In this document: positions 38,746 to 48,552 of the stretch, piece after piece | Layout: every line of letters starts with the position of its first letter | How positions within the stretch are numbered: the stretch's first letter is position 1 | DNA from: Verrucomicrobiales bacterium | Lineage (GTDB): Bacteria; Verrucomicrobiota; Verrucomicrobiia; Verrucomicrobiales; DEV007 | Assembly (NCBI GenBank): GCA_965216705.1 | Contig: OZ244203.1 | Location: 525,845-589,844 of the forward strand | DNA length: 64,000 nucleotides | Reading direction: 5' to 3' | Notes under the pieces: generated by a model | The model's input: only the letters and a program-made list of their open reading frames with translations | What the model was told of the DNA's origin: nothing | Database searches by the model: none | Made by a program: the position numbers and the translations under genes

Positions 38746-40416
38746 ATGAACTGGGCCTATCTCTTTACCGCTCTGTTCGGAATCGCGGGAGCATCTCAGT
38801 GTTGGTCAGACGATTCCACTCAGATAAAACTCGTCCTTCAGATCACCGTCGATCAATTGCGGGGCGATACCATGACCCGGTTTGGTGACCGTTTTGTCGA
38901 GGGCGGATTCCGTTACTTCCTCGACAATGGAATCCACTACACCGACTGCCACTACGACCACGCTAATACCGAAACTGCTCCAGGCCACGCCACCGTGGCC
39001 ACCGGAGCCCTACCATCTGCACACGGCATCGTTGCCAATGACTGGATCGAAGCAACGACAGGCGCCTTTGTCTATAACACCGAAGACGACCGCCACCATA
39101 TTCTCGGCCAGGAGAAAAAAGCCCACCAAGGTGTCTCTCCCCGCAACCTCCAGTCCACCACTATAGGAGATGAACTGGTGGTTCATTCAGGCGGCAAATC
39201 CCGCGTGTTCTCAGTTTCTTCGAAAGACCGGGGAGCCATCCTTCCGGGAGGTCATACCGGTAAGGCTTTCTGGTATGACAAGCGATCGGGCACCTTTGTT
39301 ACCAGCAGCTACTACTACGATGACTACCCCGGGTGGGTTAAAGAATGGAATGCAGCTACCCCGACTGCGACCTACAAGGGCAAAACATGGGATCTCATCG
39401 ATCCTCTTGATACTTACATCGCCCGCGATCTAGATGATCGACCCTACGAGGGAGATATTCTCGGAATGGGAAGAACCTTCCCTCACCCGCTTGGTGACGG
39501 TAGTTCCAAGATGTTCAATCCTCTCATCGGGCTAACACCGATGGCTGATGAGCTTTCCCTCAGTTTTACGAAGGCCCTTTTCGAGGCTGAGAAAGTGGCT
39601 CAGGGTGACGCACCCGATTATCTTCAGGTGAGCTTTTCCAGCCCGGACTACGCTGGCCACTTCTTCGGGGCCTCCAGCCTTGAATACGAAGATTCGGTTC
39701 TCCGGGTCGACCGGCTCCTCGCTGACCTGTTCGCTTTCATTGACGAACGAGTCGGCCTGAACAACACCGTCATCGCCCTTTGCGCTGATCACGGGGGCCC
39801 CGAGGCGCCCGAATACATGCGATCTCTTGGTGTCGATGCCGGACGCTACCCACTCGACCTTTTCAAGATCAACAACCCGTTTGCCAGGGCACTAGCCAAA
39901 GAATTCGGCCGGGGCGACCTCATCGAAGGCCACAGTCATCCCTATCTTTATCTGGACCAGGAAGCCGTCGAGGCTGCAGGGACAACACTGGCCGAAGTCG
40001 AGCGGTTCCTTGTAGGCGAACTACTTGCCAAAGAGGGTATTGCTTTTGCCCTCGCACGTAGCGACCTCCTCGAAGGCCGTGTCGCCGGAGCGCCCCTGCA
40101 GGATATGATTCGTCGCAGCTTCCACCCGACTCGCTCCGGCAACATCCACCTTGTCCAAAAACCATATTGGCTACTTCACTCATCCGGTGAGCCGAAGGCG
40201 CTCGGTATCGAGACGATGACCGCCATCCATGGTTCCCCCTGGGCCTACGACACCTACGTGCCACTCCTCTTTGTTGGCCCCGGCATCGAACGCCAAACTA
40301 TCAGCCGCCGAGTAGCTCCGAGAGACCTCGCCCCTACCCTCGCAAACTACCTGGGCATCAAGCCGCCTTCCGGAAGCAGCGGTGAAGCTCTCAGCGAAGT
40401 GACGAAGAATCGTTAA
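38746..40416 (+). CDS. PafA-like alkaline phosphatase family protein
   Basis: ITVDQLRGD, TAPGHAT (Thr nucleophile), SKDRGAI, DYAGH.FG, ADHG, HGSPWAYDTYVPL. Confidence 0.88.
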   Translation: MNWAYLFTALFGIAGASQCWSDDSTQIKLVLQITVDQLRGDTMTRFGDRFVEGGFRYFLDNGIHYTDCHYDHANTETAPGHATVATGALPSAHGIVANDWIEATTGAFVYNTEDDRHHILGQEKKAHQGVSPRNLQSTTIGDELVVHSGGKSRVFSVSSKDRGAILPGGHTGKAFWYDKRSGTFVTSSYYYDDYPGWVKEWNAATPTATYKGKTWDLIDPLDTYIARDLDDRPYEGDILGMGRTFPHPLGDGSSKMFNPLIGLTPMADELSLSFTKALFEAEKVAQGDAPDYLQVSFSSPDYAGHFFGASSLEYEDSVLRVDRLLADLFAFIDERVGLNNTVIALCADHGGPEAPEYMRSLGVDAGRYPLDLFKINNPFARALAKEFGRGDLIEGHSHPYLYLDQEAVEAAGTTLAEVERFLVGELLAKEGIAFALARSDLLEGRVAGAPLQDMIRRSFHPTRSGNIHLVQKPYWLLHSSGEPKALGIETMTAIHGSPWAYDTYVPLLFVGPGIERQTISRRVAPRDLAPTLANYLGIKPPSGSSGEALSEVTKNR

Positions 40417-41396
40417 GACCGCTTGAGCGTGTCGGATGGAAGTTCGCGGAACATGCGGCGATAATCCGAAGCAAATTGCCCCATATGCCAGAAGCCCCAG
40501 GCATTGGCGACATCGGAAACCTGGATTCCCTTCACCAGGTCGCCACCTGACAGTTCACGCTTCACCTGGTTGAGCCGGTGAGCCTGCAGGTAAGCTTTGG
40601 GAGACATGCCAAACCTCTCCTCGAAGGCGTATCGCAAAGTTCGACCACTGGCTTCGCTAGCTTCGTACAACTCTTCCATTCCAACGGGTTCATGGGCTCG
40701 ATCGTGAATGACTGCAAGCGCCCGCTCGAGAGCCTGGGACCGAACTTTCAGAGAAGGCTCCCGACGCTTTGATTGATCGCCCGCCTCTTGAAAAGCCTGC
40801 AGAATCGAATTCGAGAGGCCCCGGGCACTTTCCGTCGCCCGACCATCAAGGGGCATCATGCCAAAGGACAACTTGTCAGTGTGGGAAAGCACTTCCCGGG
40901 CTCCGCTTCTCAGCTTCGCGATCGTTCCCGGATCGCATTCAATTTTGCCGGCATGGCCGACAATTTCCTTCAAAGCTTTCCATTCCTCAGCTTCGCAAAG
41001 GGACTCCAGTAGATCGTCAGCAACCGAAACCGCATAGATGTGAAAGCCTGTTTCAGAGACACTGTCCAATTCCACTCCGGATTCGAACGCGATCACATCG
41101 TGACTCTCGACTGACTGTCCCCGCCAGCGGTAGTGCATCTGCGGATCTGCCGGAACACCAAAAGTCCAGGCATTCGAAGGAGAGTCACCTTTCTGGAGCA
41201 GCTTCCGATTGAATCGGCATTCACTGACGGAAACGCCACCTGAAACCACCTGGTTGAGCGAAGCGTTGAATTCCCCTTTATCCAGTTGGTTGAATTCCAG
41301 ATCCCACTGGTAGGAAGCTTCTGTAAAAGCATCGAAGTCATCGAATTGACACTTCGTGGCGAAATTGTCAGGATAATAGGCCAGTTCGTCAGTCAT
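40413..41396 (-). CDS. AraC-family regulator (EutR/FeaR-like)
   Basis: C-terminal double HTH: SGRTLRYAFEERFGMSPKAYL...WGFWHMGQFASDYRRMFRELPSDTL. Confidence 0.9.
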   Translation of the reverse strand: MTDELAYYPDNFATKCQFDDFDAFTEASYQWDLEFNQLDKGEFNASLNQVVSGGVSVSECRFNRKLLQKGDSPSNAWTFGVPADPQMHYRWRGQSVESHDVIAFESGVELDSVSETGFHIYAVSVADDLLESLCEAEEWKALKEIVGHAGKIECDPGTIAKLRSGAREVLSHTDKLSFGMMPLDGRATESARGLSNSILQAFQEAGDQSKRREPSLKVRSQALERALAVIHDRAHEPVGMEELYEASEASGRTLRYAFEERFGMSPKAYLQAHRLNQVKRELSGGDLVKGIQVSDVANAWGFWHMGQFASDYRRMFRELPSDTLKRS

Positions 41397-41501
41397 TTTG
41401 CCAATAATTGATGTTGGGGCGGCTAAGCTTTTCCTACAGTTCAATCGTAATCCATAGGTGCGCTTCAGTCACGCCTCTTAGACTCATGCTTCTTACTAAT
41501 T

Positions 41502-43208
41502 ATGAACCGACTCATCAAATCGATCATCACTGCTGTGTCATGCCTGGCTTTCGCCGGCACCACCGGACATTCAGCAGAACTCCAGCACGACGCCGATTAC
41601 TACGTTCTCAAAGCCCAACATGCTGAGCAGTGGGTCGAGGACGATGCCGCTGTTGACGCTAAACTCGCTGCCTTCAAGGAAAAGAATGGAGGTAAATCTC
41701 CTAACATTCTCTACATCCTCATCGATGACATGGGCTACGGCGATATGGGAATCCCGGAACTCAATGCCCTGCGCGGATACGAGACTCCCAACGTGAATAA
41801 ATTCTCTGATCAGTCCATGCGACTGAATCGCATGTATACCGAGCCGTCCTGTACCCCGACGCGCTGCGCCTTTATGACCGGCCGCCAACCCCATCGCTAC
41901 GGTATGGGCGACACTGCTGTGGACATCGCAGGCTTTGGCCTTCCGGGCAAAGAAGTGACGCTGGCAGAAATCCTTTCCGAATCCGGCTACAACACGGTGC
42001 ACATCGGCAAATGGCACATGGGCGATATCAGGGAAGCCTGGCCAAACTTCCAGGGCTTCGACTTTGCCGCTTTCCCCATTCACCAGCAGGGACAACTGAC
42101 CGTGTTCAATGACAGCGCGTCCAAAGAAGGCGTCGCTATCTCAATCGGGCCCGGCCAGTGGGATCCCAAGTTCACCAAGGACAACTGGTTCCGCCCCGAT
42201 CCTGCCGCCATGGTCGTCGGTTGCGAAGGCAACCGTGACGAGGACATCATGGAAGTCCACATGGAACCCGGCGAACGCTGGACCGAAGCAAAGTATGACG
42301 AGATGAACCAGCGCTACCAGGATCAGACTCTCGAACATCTCCGCGACCTGGCTGGCAAGGACGAACCCTTCTTTCTTCAATACTGGCCGCTGATCCCCCT
42401 GACAGCTCCCCGTCACACCACCGATACCTACACCACGGTAAACGGAGGAAACTACGTCGAAAAGATGAAGCAACTCGACGGATGGATTGGCGATATTCTC
42501 AACGAGATGGACACCCTTGGCGTCGCTGACAATACCATCGTTATCATCATGGGTGACAACGGGCACTTCACCAAGTATTCCCCTCAGAGCGGATACACCG
42601 CGATGATCTTCCGCGGTGGAAAAGCCGACACCACAGAAGGCGGCGTCCGCGTCGATGCCTTTGTTCGCTGGCCCGGAATGATCGAAGCCGATTCCATCGT
42701 CAGCGACATCTTTCACGTCTCTGATTTTTACACGACCCTGGCTCGCTTCGGGGGTGCTACGGAACACATTCCTACAGACCGTTTGATCGACGGGGTCGAC
42801 CAGTCTGCGCTCCTTCTCGAAGGCGAAACGAAGGGTCGCCGCGACACGACCTTCATCTACTCCGGCCCGAAGATGGAAGCCGTTGTAAAAGAGCACCTCA
42901 AGATCAAGGTTCCGGGTCCCGGTGAAAACCCCATCGGAGCCAAATTCTACGACCTCCAACGCGACACTCGTGAGGAGTATCCGGTTTCCACCGAGATCGG
43001 TGCCTGGGGCGGTGCTGAGTTCGTTCGCATCATCCAGCGCCACCTGGCAATGAAGCAGAAGTTCCCAAGCGAAGACGCCGCTCGAGGAGTTCCCTATGAG
43101 GGAATCACCAATCTTCGTCCGGAGTCAAAAGCAGCCGTACAGGCCTTCTTTGCCAAGAACAAGGTCATCATGGAAGCCCAGAAGGCAGCGGCAGAAGCCA
43201 AGCAGTAA
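41502..43208 (+). CDS. Arylsulfatase-like sulfatase (paralog B)
   Basis: SPNILYILIDD, CTPTRCAFMTGR, GKWHMG, GDNG, RGGK..TTEGGVRV; clear similarity to 37056-38708. Confidence 0.92.
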   Translation: MNRLIKSIITAVSCLAFAGTTGHSAELQHDADYYVLKAQHAEQWVEDDAAVDAKLAAFKEKNGGKSPNILYILIDDMGYGDMGIPELNALRGYETPNVNKFSDQSMRLNRMYTEPSCTPTRCAFMTGRQPHRYGMGDTAVDIAGFGLPGKEVTLAEILSESGYNTVHIGKWHMGDIREAWPNFQGFDFAAFPIHQQGQLTVFNDSASKEGVAISIGPGQWDPKFTKDNWFRPDPAAMVVGCEGNRDEDIMEVHMEPGERWTEAKYDEMNQRYQDQTLEHLRDLAGKDEPFFLQYWPLIPLTAPRHTTDTYTTVNGGNYVEKMKQLDGWIGDILNEMDTLGVADNTIVIIMGDNGHFTKYSPQSGYTAMIFRGGKADTTEGGVRVDAFVRWPGMIEADSIVSDIFHVSDFYTTLARFGGATEHIPTDRLIDGVDQSALLLEGETKGRRDTTFIYSGPKMEAVVKEHLKIKVPGPGENPIGAKFYDLQRDTREEYPVSTEIGAWGGAEFVRIIQRHLAMKQKFPSEDAARGVPYEGITNLRPESKAAVQAFFAKNKVIMEAQKAAAEAKQ

Positions 43209-43227
43209 ACAGCCCACAGAAACACCT

Positions 43228-43989
43228 ATGAATCCCAAAAGATCCCTGGCCACACTGGCCTTCGCTATTCCCTTGCTGTTCGGCATTACCGATACCGCAA
43301 CGTCCCAGGAGGCCCCCTTTCCAGAAGAGGTCCTCGAAGTCCTTCGAGACATGGGAAGCTACCTCGAAGAAGCCGACGAGTTCACTATCTCGGCAGACAT
43401 TCACTTTGATGAAATTCTGCCGAGCGGCCAGGCCATCCAGCATGGCGCTGAAATTACAGCCGCAGTTGAGCGCCCTTCGAAGTTGGCCGCGCGCTACGTC
43501 GGGGAAGACAACACACGGGGGCTCTGGCTCTCCGGCACGGACATGACCCTGCTTCAGGAGACTGCCGGCGTTTACTCCCGGATTGAAGTTCCCGAAGGAA
43601 CCAAGAACGCTCTCGATCACCTCATGGAGAAATATGATATCTCCCTGCCCCTGGCAGACTTCGTGATCGACGGCGTTTACGAATCCCTGGTCGCCAACAT
43701 CGACAATGCCATTTACACCGGCAAGTCCGAGGTCAACGGCGAGAGCTGTCATCACATCGCCTGTTCCCAGGAGTTCATCGACTGGCAACTCTGGATAGAC
43801 GACGGACTCCAACCTCTGCCGCGCAAGGTGCTGATCACTTACAAATCAGTTCCCGGCATGCCCCGCTACACCGCGGTCTTCAATGAGTGGAATCTCGATG
43901 CGGAGTTTTCCGACTCTGTCTTTGAACCCAACCTTCCGGCGGGAGCCAGGAAAATCGACCTGCTTGAAATCAAGCGCAGCACCGAGTGA
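43228..43989 (+). CDS. DUF2092 family periplasmic protein
   Basis: Signal from ATG 43228; ERPSKL, LPLADF, CHHIA, DWQLWI....PLPRK.LITYK..PG.PRY...F..WN. Confidence 0.85.
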   Translation: MNPKRSLATLAFAIPLLFGITDTATSQEAPFPEEVLEVLRDMGSYLEEADEFTISADIHFDEILPSGQAIQHGAEITAAVERPSKLAARYVGEDNTRGLWLSGTDMTLLQETAGVYSRIEVPEGTKNALDHLMEKYDISLPLADFVIDGVYESLVANIDNAIYTGKSEVNGESCHHIACSQEFIDWQLWIDDGLQPLPRKVLITYKSVPGMPRYTAVFNEWNLDAEFSDSVFEPNLPAGARKIDLLEIKRSTE

Positions 43990-44018
43990 GCCTCATCTAC
44001 ATTCAACCGGTTAATCCT

Positions 44019-45383
44019 ATGAAACTTTCCAAGCTATTCTCAATTTCCTCTCCGGTCGCTATCGTCACTGTCGTTGGTGCCGCGATTCTCTCCCTGGTCG
44101 TCCAGGATCTCAACGCCCAGCGTCGCGGAGGCGGCGGTGGTTTTGGCGGTGGCGGCGCACGCTCTTCCGGCGGGTTCGGCGGCAGCGGTGCCGGCAGCAT
44201 TCGTCACTCCAGCGGCTCCAGCGCGAGCCGCCCTTCAAACGTCCAGCGCCCCTCAGGAAACTACTCTCGTCCGTCCACTCAGCCGTCACGCCCTTCGACG
44301 CAGCCGTCACGGCCAACGCCCCAACCCTCGCGGCCTTCAACGCAACCCGCTCAGCCTTCCCGTCCCAGCACGCCGGAACGCCCCAGCACTGGAGGTCCGG
44401 GGGAACGTCCTGGAACGGGCGAGCGCCCTGGAACTGGTGAACGCCCAGGCACCGGCGAGCGCCCCGGAACTGGTGAACGCCCAGGCACCGGCGAGCGCCC
44501 CGGAACTGGTGAACGTCCAGGCACCGGTCCCGGAGACCGTGAAATCAATGTGGGCGACCGCAACATCAACGGTGGCGATCGCAACATCAACATCGACAAC
44601 AGCCGCAATGTGAACATCAGCGGCAACAACCGGGTGAATCGCCCTTCCACCCTGCCGGGATACCCGAATGCCGGCAATCGCTACAATGCCTATCGGACGG
44701 GCTATCGTCATGGTGCCCGCCACAGTTACTACCACAACCGCTGGAATCGATGGGATGACTACTGGAAGTGGCGTGCTGTTTCGCGAACCATCCTCATCGG
44801 AGCCGCGATCATCAGTCAGCCTCGATACTACAACACGATCTCGTGCAGCAGCACCGTCTACTACTACAGTGACGGGGTTTACTACATCCGCGATGGTTGC
44901 AAGTACGTCGTCGTCCCGGCTCCGACAGGATGCGTGGTGCAATCGCCTCCTCCCACCTACGAGGCCGTGTCCCAGAACGAAGAGGAATACATCTACGCCA
45001 ACGGAGTCTACTACCAGGAGACCGACCAACCCGCGCACGCCCTGACGGAAGAACAAGCTGCCGCTGAGCAGGCGGCAGCAGAAGAAGCTGCGGCCAACGC
45101 AACCTCCGAAGATCTAGCCGGTGCGGTCGAAGAACCCGACCCCTTCCAAGGGGAGGCTCCTCCTGAAGGCGTCGTCGAAGGTGAGCAGGCGGATGAACTT
45201 CCCGATGTGAACTACGAAATCGTCGAGGCCCCCATCGGAGCCATCGTCAGCCTGCTTCCCGAAGACGCGAAGGAGGAGTCAGTCGGTGAAGACACCTACT
45301 TCCACTACGTAGACACCTGGTACAAGCCGTTCTACAGCGGCGAAGATGTCGTTTACATGGTGGTTGAGAATCCGGTCGGCTGA
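44019..45383 (+). CDS. Secreted low-complexity protein with C-terminal Tyr-rich DUF6515-like domain
   Basis: Signal, RRGGGGGFGGGG, SRPSTQP and GERPGT repeats, then YYYSDGVYY...YVVVPAPTG and YEIVEAPIGAIV..LP. Confidence 0.78.
   Translation: MKLSKLFSISSPVAIVTVVGAAILSLVVQDLNAQRRGGGGGFGGGGARSSGGFGGSGAGSIRHSSGSSASRPSNVQRPSGNYSRPSTQPSRPSTQPSRPTPQPSRPSTQPAQPSRPSTPERPSTGGPGERPGTGERPGTGERPGTGERPGTGERPGTGERPGTGERPGTGPGDREINVGDRNINGGDRNINIDNSRNVNISGNNRVNRPSTLPGYPNAGNRYNAYRTGYRHGARHSYYHNRWNRWDDYWKWRAVSRTILIGAAIISQPRYYNTISCSSTVYYYSDGVYYIRDGCKYVVVPAPTGCVVQSPPPTYEAVSQNEEEYIYANGVYYQETDQPAHALTEEQAAAEQAAAEEAAANATSEDLAGAVEEPDPFQGEAPPEGVVEGEQADELPDVNYEIVEAPIGAIVSLLPEDAKEESVGEDTYFHYVDTWYKPFYSGEDVVYMVVENPVG
44400..44525 (+). 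repeat. Coding tandem repeat, 7 x 18 bp (GERPGT), including an exact 36-bp duplication
   Basis: 44436-44471 and 44472-44507 are identical (ggtgaacgcccaggcaccggcgagcgccccggaact). Confidence 0.92.
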
Positions 45384-45460
45384 TCGGCTCGCTTCGAATT
45401 ACGCTTTACATCATCGTCAGTTTCAGGGATTAGGAGAATTCCTCCTTTCCCCTGAATACG

Positions 45461-46564
45461 ATGATACAAGCTACCGCCGCTATCTCCGACACCAAGGGCT
45501 CATTCACCATCGAAACCATCGAGGTGAGTGCTCCCGGTGCTGACGAAGTTCTCGTCGCCATCAAGGCTTCCGGAGTTTGTCACACTGATTGGGATTCTCT
45601 TAACTGGGACGGCAACTGGGTCCTCGGTCACGAAGGTGCCGGCGTCGTTGAAGCGGTCGGAGCGAACGTAGACCACGTCGCTGTCGGTGACGCAGTCATC
45701 CTGAACTGGGCCATTCCCTGCGGTGAATGCTTCCAATGCCACGAAGGGAACGAGAACATCTGCGAGACTCACTCTCCGGTCACCGGCATTGCTCCGGAAC
45801 GCGGACACGCCCACGCCGAGGCCACGACCTGGAACGGCGAACCAGTCAGCCGTTCTTTCAACATCGGAACCCTCAGCAGCCACACCGTGGTGCGCAAAGA
45901 AGCGGTCATTAAAATGACCACCGACATCCCCTTTTCCTCCGCTTCCATTCTCGGATGCGGCGTCATGACCGGAGTCGGTTCCGTCATTAACGCAGCTGGC
46001 CTTGCGGCTGGATCCAGCGCTGCCGTTCTCGGGACCGGCGGCGTTGGGCTCAATGTCATTCAGGGTGCCCGCATCGCCGGAGCGGAAAAGATTATCGCGG
46101 TCGACATCAACCAGCAACGCCTCGACATGGCGACACAGTTCGGAGCGACACACCAGGTGCTCGCCTCCCGCGACGATGCCGGCCTGCTCCAAGCCGCCGA
46201 GGAGGTCAAAGCCATCTGCGACCTTAGAGGGGCGGACTACTCGTTTGAATGCACCGGCATCCCCGCTCTCGGAGCTGCACCACTGGCCATGGTGCGAAAC
46301 GCCGGCAGCGCCATCCAGGTTTCCGGCATTGAAGAGCCCATCGAAATCGACATGAACCTCTTCGAGTGGGACAAGATCTACCTCAATCCGCTCTACGGAA
46401 AATCCAAACCTGCCGAAGACTTCCCGAAGCTCATGGATTGGTATGCCGACGGACAACTGCAGCTCGACGAACTCGTCACTCGAACCTACTCGCTGGATCA
46501 GCTTCAGGACGCTTTCGATGACATGTTAGCGGGAAGGAATGCCAAAGGGGTAATCACGTTCTGA
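45461..46564 (+). CDS. Zn-dependent medium-chain alcohol dehydrogenase (class III/aryl-alcohol-like)
   Basis: GVCHTD, GHEGAG, CGECFQCHEGNENIC, CGVMTG, GTGGVG. Confidence 0.9.
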   Translation: MIQATAAISDTKGSFTIETIEVSAPGADEVLVAIKASGVCHTDWDSLNWDGNWVLGHEGAGVVEAVGANVDHVAVGDAVILNWAIPCGECFQCHEGNENICETHSPVTGIAPERGHAHAEATTWNGEPVSRSFNIGTLSSHTVVRKEAVIKMTTDIPFSSASILGCGVMTGVGSVINAAGLAAGSSAAVLGTGGVGLNVIQGARIAGAEKIIAVDINQQRLDMATQFGATHQVLASRDDAGLLQAAEEVKAICDLRGADYSFECTGIPALGAAPLAMVRNAGSAIQVSGIEEPIEIDMNLFEWDKIYLNPLYGKSKPAEDFPKLMDWYADGQLQLDELVTRTYSLDQLQDAFDDMLAGRNAKGVITF

Positions 46565-46630
46565 ATGTAGTTTCGACATCCTGTAAATTCCCGACACCGT
46601 CTGCGTCTCAACATCGTAACACCGATTACG

Positions 46631-47635
46631 ATGACTACGGTCCACGCTTTCGCCGCCACGGATAAAAACGGTTTATTCGAACCCTTTGAATATGAACTCG
46701 GGGACCTCGCCCCCGGACAGGTTGACATCGAGGTCGACTCCTGTGGAATCTGCCACAGCGACCTGAGCATGCTGGAAAACGAGTGGGCACTCACGACCTA
46801 CCCTTTTGTACCCGGCCACGAGGCCAGTGGGCGCATCGCTGCTATTGGAGACGGAGTCACCCACCTCGCTGTCGGCGACAGAGTTGGCCTCGGCTGGCAC
46901 AGTGGCTATTGCATGACCTGCGACCAATGCATGACAGGCAACCACAACCGGTGTGCCACCGCCGAAGCCACCATTGTGGGACGACACGGTGGCTTTGCTG
47001 ATCGTGTGCGCGCCTTTGCCTCTAGTGTGGTAAAGCTGCCAGAAGGACTGGACCCTTCCAAGGCCGGCCCGCTCTTTTGCGGAGGCATCACGGTATTTAA
47101 TCCTTTTGTAAAACTCGGCATCAAGCCGACCGACAGTGTCGCTGTTCTCGGCATTGGTGGTCTTGGCCACCTCGCCCTGCAGTTCGCCAACGCCTGGGGT
47201 TGCCACGTCACCGCCCTGACCTCCCCGGGAAAAGAAGAAGAAGCCATTTCCATGGGCGCTCACGAAACCCTGAACTCCCGTGACCCTGATTCCATCAAGT
47301 CCGCCGTGGGCCAATTCGATGTCATTCTCTCCACCATCAATGTCAGCCAGGATTGGAATGCCTACCTCGATGCGCTCAAGCCGGAAGGAAAACTCCATAT
47401 TCTCGGAGCGGTGCTTGAGCCTCTCAACATAGGTGCCATGCCTCTGTTGTTTGGGCAGAAGAGCGTCTCCGGCTCCCCCGTCGGCAGTCCCGCCACGATC
47501 GGAACCATGCTCGACTTTGCCGCCCGGCACGAGATCGAACCTGTCACCGAACACTTTCCCATGGATCGGGTTAACGATGCCATGGATCTCCTTCGTTCAG
47601 GAAAAGCCCGCTATCGCATTGTCCTCGACCGATAA
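46631..47635 (+). CDS. NAD(P)H-dependent aldehyde reductase, Ahr/YjgB-like
   Basis: GICHSD, GHEASG, CMTCDQC...[36 protein letters not shown]. Confidence 0.88.
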   Translation: MTTVHAFAATDKNGLFEPFEYELGDLAPGQVDIEVDSCGICHSDLSMLENEWALTTYPFVPGHEASGRIAAIGDGVTHLAVGDRVGLGWHSGYCMTCDQCMTGNHNRCATAEATIVGRHGGFADRVRAFASSVVKLPEGLDPSKAGPLFCGGITVFNPFVKLGIKPTDSVAVLGIGGLGHLALQFANAWGCHVTALTSPGKEEEAISMGAHETLNSRDPDSIKSAVGQFDVILSTINVSQDWNAYLDALKPEGKLHILGAVLEPLNIGAMPLLFGQKSVSGSPVGSPATIGTMLDFAARHEIEPVTEHFPMDRVNDAMDLLRSGKARYRIVLDR

Positions 47636-47656
47636 TCTCACTGAGGTCGCTGCCAA

Positions 47657-47965
47657 TCAGGCAGCCACGGTGTCGCAGGAGCAGATCGCAGCAATCGATC
47701 CGCAGCCGTGGCAGTAATCAAAACTGCCACCGCACTTGGCAGGAAGGCCTTGCAGCACCCGGTTGATGCGGCAATGACAAGCACCGCACCCGGAACCGGC
47801 TCCGGTCTCGCGGGTGACCGCTTCGATGGTCTTCACACCACCTTTGTTGATGACTTCGTAAACAGTGGATTCTGCAACTTTCGCACAATGACACAAATGC
47901 TCGTCGTCACCTTGTTGGGTCGAGAAGCGGCATGTCGGTATGAGAGTTGCAGAGTCCGTGTTCAT
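47657..47965 (-). CDS. bfd: Bacterioferritin-associated ferredoxin-like [2Fe-2S] protein with extra Cys-rich tail
   Basis: LCHC...TGAGSGCGAC Bfd motif; immediately downstream of bfr. Confidence 0.8.
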   Translation of the reverse strand: MNTDSATLIPTCRFSTQQGDDEHLCHCAKVAESTVYEVINKGGVKTIEAVTRETGAGSGCGACHCRINRVLQGLPAKCGGSFDYCHGCGSIAAICSCDTVAA

Positions 47966-47982
47966 TCAGTCATTCGGCGAGC

Positions 47983-48462
47983 CTACTCGCCACCGTCACC
48001 CATCTTCTGGGCCAGGTATCGTTCCAATCCAATTCGTTCGATCAGGTCGAGCTGTGACTCAGCCCAATCCACACTCTCCTCAGACTCGACAACCATGCGT
48101 TCCATCAGTTCGCGGGATCCGGCATCTTTCACATCGATGCAGAGTTGGATCGCCTCGTTGTAGGTGGCGACTCCCTTGGTCTCAAGAGTCAGGCTGTCCT
48201 TGATTTGTTGCTCGGGAGCTTCTCCCACGAGGATCTTGTCATAGCGCGCAATCTCCGGGACACCGTCGAGATAAAGGATGCGATCGATGACTTCATCTGC
48301 GTGCTTCATTTCCTCGATGGACTCATCGTAGAAGTGCTTCGCGAGGTCGTTCAAACCCCAGTCTTTGCACATTTTGGAGCAGATAAAATACTGGTTGATC
48401 GCCGTCAGCTCGATGGTGAGGCCGGCATTAAGAGCGTCGATGACTTGTTGGTTACCTTTCAT
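47983..48462 (-). CDS. bfr: Bacterioferritin (heme-Met retained, ferroxidase centre incomplete)
   Basis: MKG...ELTAINQYF, ESIEEMKHAD..I.RIL.LDG, YLAQKM. Confidence 0.92.
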   Translation of the reverse strand: MKGNQQVIDALNAGLTIELTAINQYFICSKMCKDWGLNDLAKHFYDESIEEMKHADEVIDRILYLDGVPEIARYDKILVGEAPEQQIKDSLTLETKGVATYNEAIQLCIDVKDAGSRELMERMVVESEESVDWAESQLDLIERIGLERYLAQKMGDGGE

Positions 48463-48533
48463 TGAGGAGGATCTTGAAACCCCCTGTCAGGGAGATCAAG
48501 ACAGCATCAGCAAAACTTGAGCTCACTGACGCT

Positions 48534-48552
48534 ATTGAGATTTAGTCGCAAT
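48534..48552. promoter_or_regulatory. Candidate iron-responsive (Fur-like) operator
   Basis: ATTGAGA-TTTAG-TCGCAAT, a 19-bp imperfect inverted repeat about 70 bp upstream of bfr. Confidence 0.5.

Noticed and set aside
44400-44525. Tandem repeat considered as a CRISPR array
   Set aside because: The units are contiguous in-frame 18-mers with no unique spacers, and there are no cas genes.
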